This document shows, piece by piece, positions 53,568 to 63,031 of a DNA stretch of 64,000 bases (positions within the stretch are counted from its first letter, which is position 1; each line of letters starts with the position of its first letter). Below the pieces are notes generated by a model. The model had not been told where the DNA came from and made no database searches. It saw only the letters and a program-made list of their open reading frames with translations. A program made the translations under genes and the position numbers. Origin of the DNA: a virus (lineage: Duplodnaviria > Heunggongvirae > Uroviricota > Caudoviricetes); IMG/VR virus record IMGVR_UViG_3300049215_000772, positions 1 through 64,000 of that record. The stretch is one strand, 5' to 3'.

Positions 53568-54097
53568 TGGATGCGGACATTGTGGTTATGTCGGATTGGC
53601 TGCTTTCTTTCCCTGATTTTGAGCGTAGGTTTGTGTCTACAGTAAGACATGCTGTGTCCTATGCTCTCTATCCAATCGGCGAGGAGTTACAGGATATTGG
53701 AAAGGCCGAGAAGACCATTATCGGAATTAAGTGGGAGCAATTCTTTCGACGAGAATTCGACATTCCTCCCGGTGAAAATCTGGATTGTAGCCTTTTGATT
53801 CCTTGGAGGTCTAGGGGGATTGAATTCGATTGCAAGTTGACAGTTGGCAATCAGTGGATGATCCCACCTGAATTGATACGGATTGAAGGATTGTGCCTGG
53901 TTTGTCAATACAGTGAGGCGCAGCACATCCGGGCAGGCGTACTCAGGGTGAAGGAAGAATATCTGAATATGGCTGGAAGCAACCGAGATCGAAAAAGGAT
54001 TCTCAACCAACATGGTAGGGAAGCCATTGATTGGATTTTGGAAGAGTCAAATTCTCCGCACATGATCCGGCCACTGCAAGCTATTATTGGAGGTTGA
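53564..54097 (+). CDS. hypothetical protein (possible nuclease partner of the adjacent methyltransferase)
   Basis: ATGA-coupled to the upstream gene and overlapping the MTase start; no clear motif. Confidence 0.35.
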   Translation: MMDADIVVMSDWLLSFPDFERRFVSTVRHAVSYALYPIGEELQDIGKAEKTIIGIKWEQFFRREFDIPPGENLDCSLLIPWRSRGIEFDCKLTVGNQWMIPPELIRIEGLCLVCQYSEAQHIRAGVLRVKEEYLNMAGSNRDRKRILNQHGREAIDWILEESNSPHMIRPLQAIIGG

Positions 54098-54872
54098 AGT
54101 GTTCTACTATTTTGGACGAAAGAGCCGTTTGGCTGACCTTTACCCCGCTCCTCGCCATGAACTGGTGATTGAGCCTTTTGCTGGGTCAATGGCATATACG
54201 TTGTATCACCAACCAACTAGGGCTATTGGCATTGAGTTGGATGATACTGTGGTTGAAGTTTGGAGCAAAATCTGTGGTTTGACGGCTCAGGAGTTGTTGG
54301 ATTATCCCGAACCGAAACGTGGAGATCGAACAGAAGATCGCTGGTGTATGATGGCGGGCGGCAGTCACGGAACGGCTAAGGCTAAGTCTTATCTGTGGAC
54401 CGAGAGAATGGAGCGTGATCTTCGCAAGCAAAAGCGAATGGCTGCCCGGTATGTTGATTATGCAAAGCAGCATATCGAATACAAATCGGGAAAATACCAG
54501 GATGCTCCAGATGAGGAGGCGACCTGGTTTATTGATCCGCCCTATCAGAACATCAAGCGGGGGTATCGCAGGGACGTTGATTACAAGGAACTTGCGGATT
54601 GGTGTAAGAAGCGACGAGGGCTGGTGATCGTCTGTGAACAGAGCGGGGCGGATTGGCTGCCTTTTAAGCCTTTGGAGAATATCAAGGGAACCAACAACAA
54701 GCGCACTTCGGAAGTTGTCTGGCTTGCTCTCAATGGTAAGGAAATAGTAAATGTCCGTCCTCATGTGAAGTTGCCCTGGTCAATTTACGCTCGTTTTAAG
54801 AAGGATTGCCGTCAAAATCGCAAGAAACAGTCGGATGTTTTGGCGAAGTTGATTGAACAACATCTTGGTTGA
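54087..54872 (+). CDS. dam: DNA N6-adenine methyltransferase (Dam-like, alpha group)
   Basis: Motif I 'EPFAGSMAY' (FxGxG) and motif IV 'DPPY' in alpha-class order. Confidence 0.65.
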   Translation: MEVEVFYYFGRKSRLADLYPAPRHELVIEPFAGSMAYTLYHQPTRAIGIELDDTVVEVWSKICGLTAQELLDYPEPKRGDRTEDRWCMMAGGSHGTAKAKSYLWTERMERDLRKQKRMAARYVDYAKQHIEYKSGKYQDAPDEEATWFIDPPYQNIKRGYRRDVDYKELADWCKKRRGLVIVCEQSGADWLPFKPLENIKGTNNKRTSEVVWLALNGKEIVNVRPHVKLPWSIYARFKKDCRQNRKKQSDVLAKLIEQHLG

Positions 54873-54879
54873 GGTTTCC

Positions 54880-55003
54880 ATGACGATTGCCTGGGATGAA
54901 ATTGTCTCTATTGAGCAAGTGGAGGATGGACAGTGCTATGACATCACTCTTCTCGAAGATGATGTTTACTTGGATGAGCCGAATTTCATTGCTGATGGGA
55001 TCG
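54880..55003 (+). mobile_element. split intein C-fragment (IntC, about 41 aa)
   Basis: Blocks F/G 'CYDITL...[12 protein letters not shown]' (compare Npu IntC 'VYDIGVERDHNFALKNGFIASN|C'). Confidence 0.65.
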
Positions 55004-56739
55004 TTGTCCATAATTGTGGTATGGACAAGCGGTATATCGAGCGCAAGCGTGGCCGGGAAAGTTTCGAGTTGCATCCGATCCTGAAACCTATCTTGCAGAA
55101 GACCTACGGCGTTATTGTGTACCAGGAGCAGGTAATGGCCGTCCTGAACGCTGTTGGGGAGATTTCCTGGCAGAACTGTTGGGATGTCTGCAAGGCCATG
55201 TCGAAGAAGAAGATCACTGGTTTCGAGAAATACAAGGAAATGTTCATCACGAATGGACAGAAGAACCTTGGTGTTTCCGACAAGGAGATCAATGACCTGT
55301 GGAACCAGTTGGAAGCCTTCTCTGAGTACGGGTTCAATTCCAGCCACGCCACGGCGTACACCTACATTTCTGGCTGGCTGTTGTGGCTGAAGGCTCATTA
55401 CCCGCATGAGTTCTACACTGCCATTTTGTCATGCGAGACGCTGGCGGAAAAAATGAAGGAGTACAAGATCGAGGCGTTCGTTCATGGCGTCAACATGCAC
55501 CAGTTGGACATCAACAAGTCCAAACTGACTTTCGATCTTGTGGGCGACACGATTTATTTCGGTCTTTCCAACGTCAAGGGCATTGGGGAGGAGCCGGCCA
55601 AGCGTATTTTGGCTGGGCAGCCTTACAAGGACATCGAGGACTTCCTGCGGCGGTTTGGGACGGATGCCAACGTGTTGAAGCCGTTGATTGGCTTGCGCTG
55701 TTTCCGTGAATCTGACCCGGTGACTTTGTGGAAGTTTGCTGAGTTCTACAAAGACAAGCACAAGAAGTACGAGGACAAGAAGAAGCGTTTTACTGCTAGT
55801 GTGGCCCGTTACCAGGAGCAGTTTGAGGAACTGACGGGCATGAAGGTGAAGTTGTCGGAGTTGGAGATGCCCAACTCCGGGAAGAATCCATTCGACAATG
55901 ACGAGTGGCGGTCCAAATTCGACATCAACGAAGAAATCGAAGTGGACAAGGAAATCGAGTGTGAGCCGCACGAGGAGGGTGCGGAGGCTCGCTGGGAGAT
56001 GGTGCCGGTGTTGATTGAGGGTACGGAGGACGAGTACATTGACAAGGAAGTTCAGCGGTACTACAAGATGGGGAAGGTGAAGAAGAAGTACAACAAATGG
56101 AAGAACATCGTGACGCTGTGGAATCGTTACCAGCGGGCGATTCAGAAGCAAAGGGAAGCGCCGGGTTTGCAATTGCCCAAGTTGGCGGAATTCAACGCCG
56201 CCGAGTGGGAAATTGACGATGATTTGGTGAAGGAATTGCGGCATCCTGTGAAGTGCGAAACTAAGTATTATGGTTTCGCCTGGGTTCACGATCTGGAGAA
56301 AAGCCCCGATTACAAGGGGAATATGACTTTCGAGCAATTCCGCAGCAACCCTGATCTCAAAACATCGCCCGTGGAGATCAAGGTGTTGAAAGTTAGCAAG
56401 CGGGACGGCAAGAAGGTCCAGTTCTATCAGATTGAGTGTGAGGATGCGACCAATGAGTTTGCCAAGTTCAACGTGTGGATGGACGACTGGCAGCGGTGGG
56501 GACCGGAATTGAAGAAGGGTAACTTACTTAGGGTTAGGTTGATGCCGCCTTCTGGTGGGTATCCAACCTACACCTTCGAGAGTCCTCCCAGGCATCAGCG
56601 TTGGAAACTTCCGAAGAACAAGGAGGATGATTTCCGGCTTGTTGTTATGCGACCCGGAAAAGAACAAGTGGATGACGTACTCACCAATGAGGAGGCTCTG
56701 GAACAGTTCTCTGAATGTGTTTACGGAGACGAAGAATGA
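54880..56739 (+). CDS. dnaE: split-intein C-fragment fused to the DnaE C-terminal fragment (fingers onward)
   Basis: IntC '[45 protein letters not shown]' ends in HN followed by the +1 Cys; the extein '[17 protein letters not shown]...[13 protein letters not shown]...[26 protein letters not shown]' matches DnaE 'SGMVDNFIDRKHGREEISY...YQEQVMQIA...[26 protein letters not shown]'. Confidence 0.8.
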   Translation: [619 protein letters not shown]

Positions 56740-56987
56740 AAAAAATACTGATCGCCTTGCTCCTCGCCCTTGCCAGCTTGCTGTGTATCGCCGGCTGTAA
56801 CACGACGGAAAGGAAAATCAGGATCAGCGGCACGGTTGTCGGTCGTCAATTCGACCACGCTCATGACGGGCAGCCCAACAGGTGGTTCATTCTCATCCGT
56901 GACAAGGGAGGAGAAATCTGGATTTCCGTCGATGAGGGTACATATAGCAAACTGAAAAACGGAGATAGGTGGACTACTAATGAGTGA
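56736..56987 (+). CDS. small lipoprotein
   Basis: 'MKKILIALLLALASLLCIAGC' signal peptide with lipobox. Confidence 0.45.
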   Translation: MKKILIALLLALASLLCIAGCNTTERKIRISGTVVGRQFDHAHDGQPNRWFILIRDKGGEIWISVDEGTYSKLKNGDRWTTNE

Positions 56988-57507
56988 AGAAATCGTAATC
57001 GAGAAGAAGGAAGAAACCGAGTTGGTAATCGACAATTCCAACTTCGATCAATACTTCTTCGATGTCCGTATGCACAGGCCGCAGCGTGGACAAGTGATGG
57101 CTCGGTATTGTGCCACTGCCGAGTTTGTCGGTGGCAGGTTGAAAAAAGACATCATCGACCTGATTGTGAACAGGGACAAAGCGGAAGCTGCTACCAGGGT
57201 TATGCGAAAGCTGGGTTGCGCCGTCGAGCGTGATTCGATCCGGGTAGTGAAGGAGATTGCCAAGGATTTGGCGAGTGGCATGACCCCGCAGGAAGTTGAA
57301 GACAAACCTTACAAGTATGGCGTTGAGGTCTTCTATTATACGAAGAAAGAATATGTTCCTGATAATGACCCGCATTGGTCATTGATCGCTCTCAAGAACC
57401 TGGATGAGTTCTTGGATGCTGCTGGAAACAAACTACAAATGAGGTCCAGAATCGTTGAACAGGATGTCAACGACAAGGAGGACTCGATTCATGTCAAAGA
57501 CGAGTGA
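56980..57507 (+). CDS. hypothetical protein
   Basis: ORF only. Confidence 0.4.
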   Translation: MSEEIVIEKKEETELVIDNSNFDQYFFDVRMHRPQRGQVMARYCATAEFVGGRLKKDIIDLIVNRDKAEAATRVMRKLGCAVERDSIRVVKEIAKDLASGMTPQEVEDKPYKYGVEVFYYTKKEYVPDNDPHWSLIALKNLDEFLDAAGNKLQMRSRIVEQDVNDKEDSIHVKDE

Positions 57508-58054
57508 AGCGCTTTTGTACATTGACACTCCCTACCGTCCCGAACCAGGGTCTTTTTGTAAGCCCAAGGGGACTACGGGCGGGCGTTACATCGCCGGACA
57601 ATGGTACGAGTGTCGTGAGATATGGCACTACGAGTTGAAAGATTTGCCGTTATTTTTCTACTCACACATCAGCGGGAAAACTCGTGCTGTAGCTGCTTTC
57701 ATTACCAAAGTGGAAAACATCCTCGATGTCAGGCCGAGGTCGCATATTGGCCCGACCCAACGTAAAACCATTTGCTGGGTTGAGCCATCATCATGGTGGA
57801 CCCGGCTCGCCATGCGGCGCTCGCTGTTTACAATTTTGCTGCGTGTGGCCCAGCACTATCATACAGAAGAAGACAACTTCCGGGATGCTTTGTACAGCCA
57901 TCACTATACCAAAAACACTCGTTACGCCGTCGAAAGATTCTTGAACGGTTACACCCACTACACTGGTAGGAAGCGTGGTTGGTACAATCAGTTTTGTATT
58001 CTTGGACCCAGCGCCCAGGAAGTGGACGGGCTGCTCATTTCTCGATCTTCTTGA
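57491..58054 (+). CDS. hypothetical protein
   Basis: ORF only (internal ATG of 57455..58054). Confidence 0.35.
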   Translation: MSKTSEALLYIDTPYRPEPGSFCKPKGTTGGRYIAGQWYECREIWHYELKDLPLFFYSHISGKTRAVAAFITKVENILDVRPRSHIGPTQRKTICWVEPSSWWTRLAMRRSLFTILLRVAQHYHTEEDNFRDALYSHHYTKNTRYAVERFLNGYTHYTGRKRGWYNQFCILGPSAQEVDGLLISRSS

Positions 58055-58655
58055 CAAGTTCTTTGCAGATGTCTACTCGTTTCTGCGTCGGCAAACCAGG
58101 GATATGGATGGCGAAGTGCCCTGGTTTGTAGTTTCCCGCCATATAATCGTGCTGCGGGTAATGTTGGTAGAGGTAGGAATTGAATGCTATTTGGGGGTGG
58201 ACGTGCCATTTTTCTTTTGGTTCCCGGTACAACAGCATGGCGATGGCGGTCTGTTCTCTACAAGTCCAGGAGTCGAATTTCAATCCCTCATACCATAATG
58301 TGTATAAGAAATGATGGCTCCAGGATGTATTTCTCAGAAAAATCACGCCGGCCATGAACCCGTGGATGTCGTAGGAGGAGACTAGATCGGCTTCTGTGTC
58401 GTTTGTGAATGTCGTCAGTGGAACTTTGTGGTCCATGATGACCCAATCCGTATCCGCCAAGCAAAGCCAGTCTGTAGTTCTCAATTCTTTCATTGCGAGT
58501 CGAAATTTCCACCATGCTGGATGTCTGTTTGATACTTGTTCTCCAGCATTGGTGATGAGGTCGTACCCGTGCTTGACGCAGTATTCTTTCAATAGCGGAT
58601 TTGTAATGTCCGCCAGCGGTTGGTATGCTTTGTCCCAGGTAACGATGATTTTCAT
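58035..58655 (-). CDS. DXD-motif glycosyltransferase (GT-A fold)
   Basis: 'WLCLADTDWVI' DXD region. Confidence 0.5.
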   Translation of the reverse strand: MKIIVTWDKAYQPLADITNPLLKEYCVKHGYDLITNAGEQVSNRHPAWWKFRLAMKELRTTDWLCLADTDWVIMDHKVPLTTFTNDTEADLVSSYDIHGFMAGVIFLRNTSWSHHFLYTLWYEGLKFDSWTCREQTAIAMLLYREPKEKWHVHPQIAFNSYLYQHYPQHDYMAGNYKPGHFAIHIPGLPTQKRVDICKELVKKIEK

Positions 58656-59350
58656 TTTAGATAAACGGCGTTTGGCCGACGAAAAATACAGTTGGGCATA
58701 TCCTGACTTACTTCTTGAATGAATGGCTTGTCTAACGCAATGGCTACAGCCATCGGCGAGGACTGATTCCCCATAAAAACATCTGCTCCGTTAATCACTT
58801 CGGCCAGGTCGAGCATGGTTGGCGTTTCGTAGTAAGGAATTACCACAATGTCACGAATGAACGAACAATGTTCTTCGGGGGTGCCGACAAAAACGGCCTC
58901 ATTGTTGTGCATCGCAAGACATTCTCGCCATGTTTTTTCTATGTCGATTGAGTGGTTGCGATAGTTGAATGTTCTGTTGACAACGACCGGGGCGATTTTT
59001 TTCTCCCCACACTGAATCCACGCTTTTTGCGGCACTGGAACGCCGAAAGGGTTACAGCAAGCAGCACATAGTTGTTCTCGAACAGTAGTTTGCCCCACCA
59101 CACGAAAAGCATCCAGGTCTACAAAAGTTACTTGGCCTTTGTAGACTTTGACATCTTTGATGTAGGGTTGTTGCATTAGGAGTGGTGTCAGGGACTTAAT
59201 CGTTTTGTGGTTGAGGCCACTGCGCATTCCATCTTGTTTGATCCCAATTCCCCTTGGGTTTAAGTACAAGATACCTTCTCCATAATGTCTAATGACGGGC
59301 AGGCTGTAGATCAGATCGCCGATGTCACCAGAATGTTTGAACGTCAGCAT
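58652..59350 (-). CDS. GT9-family glycosyltransferase (heptosyltransferase-like)
   Basis: N-terminal 'MLTFKHSGDIGDLIYSLPVIRH' matches the GT9 'SSLGDVILTLPAL' block; ATGA-coupled to the neighbouring genes. Confidence 0.6.
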   Translation of the reverse strand: MLTFKHSGDIGDLIYSLPVIRHYGEGILYLNPRGIGIKQDGMRSGLNHKTIKSLTPLLMQQPYIKDVKVYKGQVTFVDLDAFRVVGQTTVREQLCAACCNPFGVPVPQKAWIQCGEKKIAPVVVNRTFNYRNHSIDIEKTWRECLAMHNNEAVFVGTPEEHCSFIRDIVVIPYYETPTMLDLAEVINGADVFMGNQSSPMAVAIALDKPFIQEVSQDMPNCIFRRPNAVYLK

Positions 59351-59874
59351 AGGTACTTGATGTCCCCGTTCTCGAAAGGCTCATGATCTTCGGGCAACGT
59401 CACTCCCACCTGGTCGAACAGCCATTTCTTGTAAGATGCCCGTTCCAGGTTCAGGTACACCACTGGTATGAAGCGAACTTGTTTTTTCATCAAGTGATCG
59501 AAGATGAATGGGTATGCTTTGGTAATGTTGTTCATTCCTTCTTCAATTGTTTTGACGTGCCCTATTTTCAGTTGGCTTTTTGCCATCAATGTTTGATCCC
59601 TAAACATCACAAACACTGTAATATCGTAGTTCAAGCCTTGAAGGTACTCGATGATGGCGGAAATGTTTGGCCAACAGCCGCCATGTGGCAAGCTGCGGAA
59701 AATTACAATTCTCGGCACTTCAACCGGAGGAAGGGAAACGCTGTAGTTGTTTTTTATGTTGTCGAATGGCTGGGAAAAAGCGCCTCTGCCAATAAAGCCT
59801 GCTTCGGCAAACAGCCTTGTCAGATAGCGATTCCCGGCTGATTCAGGACCAAAAACCAAGATTGCTTGTTTCAT
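59344..59874 (-). CDS. P-loop protein (sulfotransferase-like?)
   Basis: 'LVFGPESAGNRYLTRLF' P-loop; internal ATG of ORF 59344..59919. Confidence 0.35.
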   Translation of the reverse strand: MKQAILVFGPESAGNRYLTRLFAEAGFIGRGAFSQPFDNIKNNYSVSLPPVEVPRIVIFRSLPHGGCWPNISAIIEYLQGLNYDITVFVMFRDQTLMAKSQLKIGHVKTIEEGMNNITKAYPFIFDHLMKKQVRFIPVVYLNLERASYKKWLFDQVGVTLPEDHEPFENGDIKYLC

Positions 59875-60824
59875 ATTGTCGCCCTGTGATATGTTTTGTA
59901 TTTGTTGTACAAACCCCAATACTCGGTGAGTTTCAGTTTTTTCTCCAGGTCGAAGACTTCTACGCCTGGTTTTGGCCTCATGCGATGGTGGCTGCCACCC
60001 TCACAGTGATACAAGATTTCATCACTGAACTGTGTCATCTCGTACCCTTTGGTTTTCAATTGTACGAATAGCCAAGCGCCGATTTCCAGGCTGAGATTCT
60101 TGTATGGATGCGGCTCGCTGTTTTGTAATGTCGGGGCTATCAATCCGGTGTTGTTCCGATACCAGTCGATGCTTTCTTTCGGCAGATCAAATTCTTTGCG
60201 AACGTAGTAACCACGCCACGGCGCTCCCGACCCTCGAATGAGGTACTGCCTGCACAAACTGAAGATGGTGTTGAAATGCGGCATCGACAATGTTTCTTTG
60301 CCAAAATACTCGCCGAAGGTGTTGACGCTTGGGTTGCCCCAGGTTTTTACTACTGCTTTCTCGTTGGCGAAGAATTCCTTTGCTTCTTCCTGCCATTGTT
60401 CGGACAGCAAGATTACATCATCGTGCATGACGAGGTAGTGCTGGGTGTGGACCCAGGCGAGTGCAGACTCCAAAGACTCAGGGTGTCCGACCCGGCTCCA
60501 GGTCCGACTTACTGTGATGGGCATGTCCTTGGGCGTCCATGAATTGTTGATGGAGTGCCATTTCATGTCCCGCAATTCTTCAAGGAACTTCTGTTTGTTA
60601 TCTTGAAGTGAAGTGTCGCCGGTTCTTCTGTCTGCGCCGTTTATCGAAACGATGAAATGTTCGAGAACATCGGGCGATGAGTTAAGGAGCAGTGAGAACA
60701 CCGACCACATCAGGTAGTCTATCGGACTCTGACAGGTTGGGATCACCGCTGTTATTTTCGCCGGCAATGTCGAGTATTTCTCGCACTCCTCCAGCGTGAA
60801 GGGTATTTGTGGATATTGGTTCAT
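59871..60824 (-). CDS. GT2-family glycosyltransferase
   Basis: 'ITAVIPTCQSP', 'VSINGADRR', 'LVMHDDVIL' (GT-A with DXD/HDD). Confidence 0.55.
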   Translation of the reverse strand: MNQYPQIPFTLEECEKYSTLPAKITAVIPTCQSPIDYLMWSVFSLLLNSSPDVLEHFIVSINGADRRTGDTSLQDNKQKFLEELRDMKWHSINNSWTPKDMPITVSRTWSRVGHPESLESALAWVHTQHYLVMHDDVILLSEQWQEEAKEFFANEKAVVKTWGNPSVNTFGEYFGKETLSMPHFNTIFSLCRQYLIRGSGAPWRGYYVRKEFDLPKESIDWYRNNTGLIAPTLQNSEPHPYKNLSLEIGAWLFVQLKTKGYEMTQFSDEILYHCEGGSHHRMRPKPGVEVFDLEKKLKLTEYWGLYNKYKTYHRATI

Positions 60825-61788
60825 TTTTCCACCTGCTGATTCTTTCGAGGGCTTCTTGTCTTGCTGCATTATACCATTCCTTCACTAGCTTGAAATAAGG
60901 CGGGGAGTACATTTTCCCTGCCGTGTAGCTTCTGAAATGGTCAATGTTTTCGTCTTTTGTCCGCATCTGGTTTTCTTCGCTGCCGATTAGATGTGGTTTG
61001 ATGTTGTGTTTTCTTAGTATGTAGTTTCCCAATATCTCGGTATCCGGCCAGTTGGGTCGCATCGGGTCCGGTTCGTAGTTTACAATGCCAAATCCATTGC
61101 ACAGCCTTCGTAGGCTCCAGCCAAACCCGATTTTATCCATGATCTTGATGTCGTACATGCTGGCCGTGTGAGACAACATGCCTTGCCAGTCATTGTGTGC
61201 CCGTGGGGTGATCTCGTATCCCACTGCGCTGTGAACTTTGCACAAATTAACTGCATAATCCAGGAAGTCTCGGCGACGAAGAAAGCAGTCGGCGTGGGTT
61301 GCGAATATGTACGGAGAGCGGCAAAGGGTAAGGGCCAAGTCCATAGCCATTGCTGGGTAATCTGATGGGTGTCGAACACCATTCAAGGCGATGCTGTGAA
61401 CTTCTACATCTTCTGCCCGCAGTGCTAGAGTTTTTTTCAAGTGTTCATCTATACTACCCGTGTCAATTATCAGAATGTATGGACGGTTGGTTTGCAGTCG
61501 CAGTAGTTCGATGCAAATGGGTAGTGTTTCTGACGTGTTGAGACAAGGGATGGCGGCTGTGATTTCATACTCCCAGGGTTTTTTGATACATGAACCCTCC
61601 CAGGGAGACTCGACAGTTAAATTTCCGTATAGCGGTGAAATGTCAACCGAAGTAAACTCTTCAACCGGCTCCCACCTGGATTCCGTTTCGATCCAAATGT
61701 AGGGCTGGCCATTTTCAGTTTTCTTTCGGTTTTTTGGAGCCGCATCCCAGCGGGACTGCGAAATCTTCATTTTACTGTTCCCTTCCAT
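60682..61788 (-). CDS. GT2-family glycosyltransferase
   Basis: 'ITAAIPCLNT', 'ILIIDTGS', 'IFATHADCFL'; the 3' end overlaps the next GT2 gene by about 140 nt. Confidence 0.55.
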   Translation of the reverse strand: MEGNSKMKISQSRWDAAPKNRKKTENGQPYIWIETESRWEPVEEFTSVDISPLYGNLTVESPWEGSCIKKPWEYEITAAIPCLNTSETLPICIELLRLQTNRPYILIIDTGSIDEHLKKTLALRAEDVEVHSIALNGVRHPSDYPAMAMDLALTLCRSPYIFATHADCFLRRRDFLDYAVNLCKVHSAVGYEITPRAHNDWQGMLSHTASMYDIKIMDKIGFGWSLRRLCNGFGIVNYEPDPMRPNWPDTEILGNYILRKHNIKPHLIGSEENQMRTKDENIDHFRSYTAGKMYSPPYFKLVKEWYNAARQEALERISRWKNEPISTNTLHAGGVREILDIAGENNSGDPNLSESDRLPDVVGVLTAP

Positions 61789-61835
61789 TCCGACTTTTTG
61801 AGAAAAGCCCTATATACCAGAAAGGAGTATCCGTT

Positions 61836-62429
61836 ATGAAAAACATCCAATCCGATCTCAACAAGTTTGCCGACCAGTGGGACAAGGCTCTCAAGGACGG
61901 GATTTTCGACGACGCCCCACATCTGCCGGCCCCTAAACAGCCTGATTTCTTCGGGCAATGGGATGGCGATGAGGATGTCCCTTTGAATGAATGTGACGCC
62001 AAGTATTGGGCACGAGTTTACGAACTCTCCAAGGGCAACGGTCCAGGTTGCGCCCCGGACCCGCTGACGGAAGTAAATCTTCCTTCATGGGAAGAACTCG
62101 TCAAACCTTCAGAAACCAAAGGCGACAAGGATTTGCTCAAAAAAAAAGCTGACATGGTAGCCGACGACCCAAACCCACAATACCCACAAGGCTATGGTCA
62201 GGACGGCGTTTCAGCGGCAACAGGTCGCACCCGCATCAGTGCTGGCTGGGCTGCCGAGGAGCGTATCCAGGAACTTCACGACCTGAAGGTGAAGTTGTAC
62301 GAACTGGAATGCAAGGTCGCCGAGATGAAAGATACCAAGGGCCAGGACAAGATCGAATCCATCAAGAAGCAAATCGACGATCTGAGCAACGATCTGCACG
62401 GCACCTGGGCTACTTCGCATATGTACTGA
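61836..62429 (+). CDS. hypothetical protein with C-terminal coiled coil
   Basis: AAAGGAG RBS 9 nt upstream of the ATG. Confidence 0.45.
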   Translation: MKNIQSDLNKFADQWDKALKDGIFDDAPHLPAPKQPDFFGQWDGDEDVPLNECDAKYWARVYELSKGNGPGCAPDPLTEVNLPSWEELVKPSETKGDKDLLKKKADMVADDPNPQYPQGYGQDGVSAATGRTRISAGWAAEERIQELHDLKVKLYELECKVAEMKDTKGQDKIESIKKQIDDLSNDLHGTWATSHMY

Positions 62430-62458
62430 TGCGTAGAATGCCATGATGGAGGAATATC

Positions 62459-63031
62459 ATGGCAGTCAACCCTTGGAAATGTCCCAACGATATTTTGGAA
62501 CTGATCCATTCAGTCCAAATCAAAAACCACCAACCCAGGCTTGCTTTGGCATCGGTAGCTGCGTGCTTCGATGACAGCAAGCCTTTTGTCCACAACAAAC
62601 TCAACCTTGGCAAAGTCGCTAAGTTCTCGCCATTTATGAGGTTATGGCAAGACAAGCAGCACGATTTTTGCCTGGTAATCCCTTCCGATCTATGGGTAAG
62701 CGTTCTGAATTCCGAGCAGCGGGAAGCCTATCTCGATTTACAACTGACTCGCTGCGAGGTAGAATATGAGCCTGACTTTGCCGAAGTTGCCGGAAGGGGC
62801 GGCAAGACCAAGAAGGTCAAGATCAAGGACGAGTGGGGTCGTATTCAGTACAGCGACCGCATGAGGTACGACGACGTTACTGGCGAGCCGAAGTGGAAGG
62901 TTCTTCCCCTGGACCTGGAGGTTTTCACCCGGAACGTGCGTAGATATGGATTGTGGCTCGACGAGTTGATGGAGTTCAAAAACGCCATCGAGAGGGGGCC
63001 ACGACTTCCTCAACCGGATGCGGTGGTATGA
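62459..63031 (+). CDS. hypothetical protein
   Basis: ORF only. Confidence 0.4.
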   Translation: MAVNPWKCPNDILELIHSVQIKNHQPRLALASVAACFDDSKPFVHNKLNLGKVAKFSPFMRLWQDKQHDFCLVIPSDLWVSVLNSEQREAYLDLQLTRCEVEYEPDFAEVAGRGGKTKKVKIKDEWGRIQYSDRMRYDDVTGEPKWKVLPLDLEVFTRNVRRYGLWLDELMEFKNAIERGPRLPQPDAVV

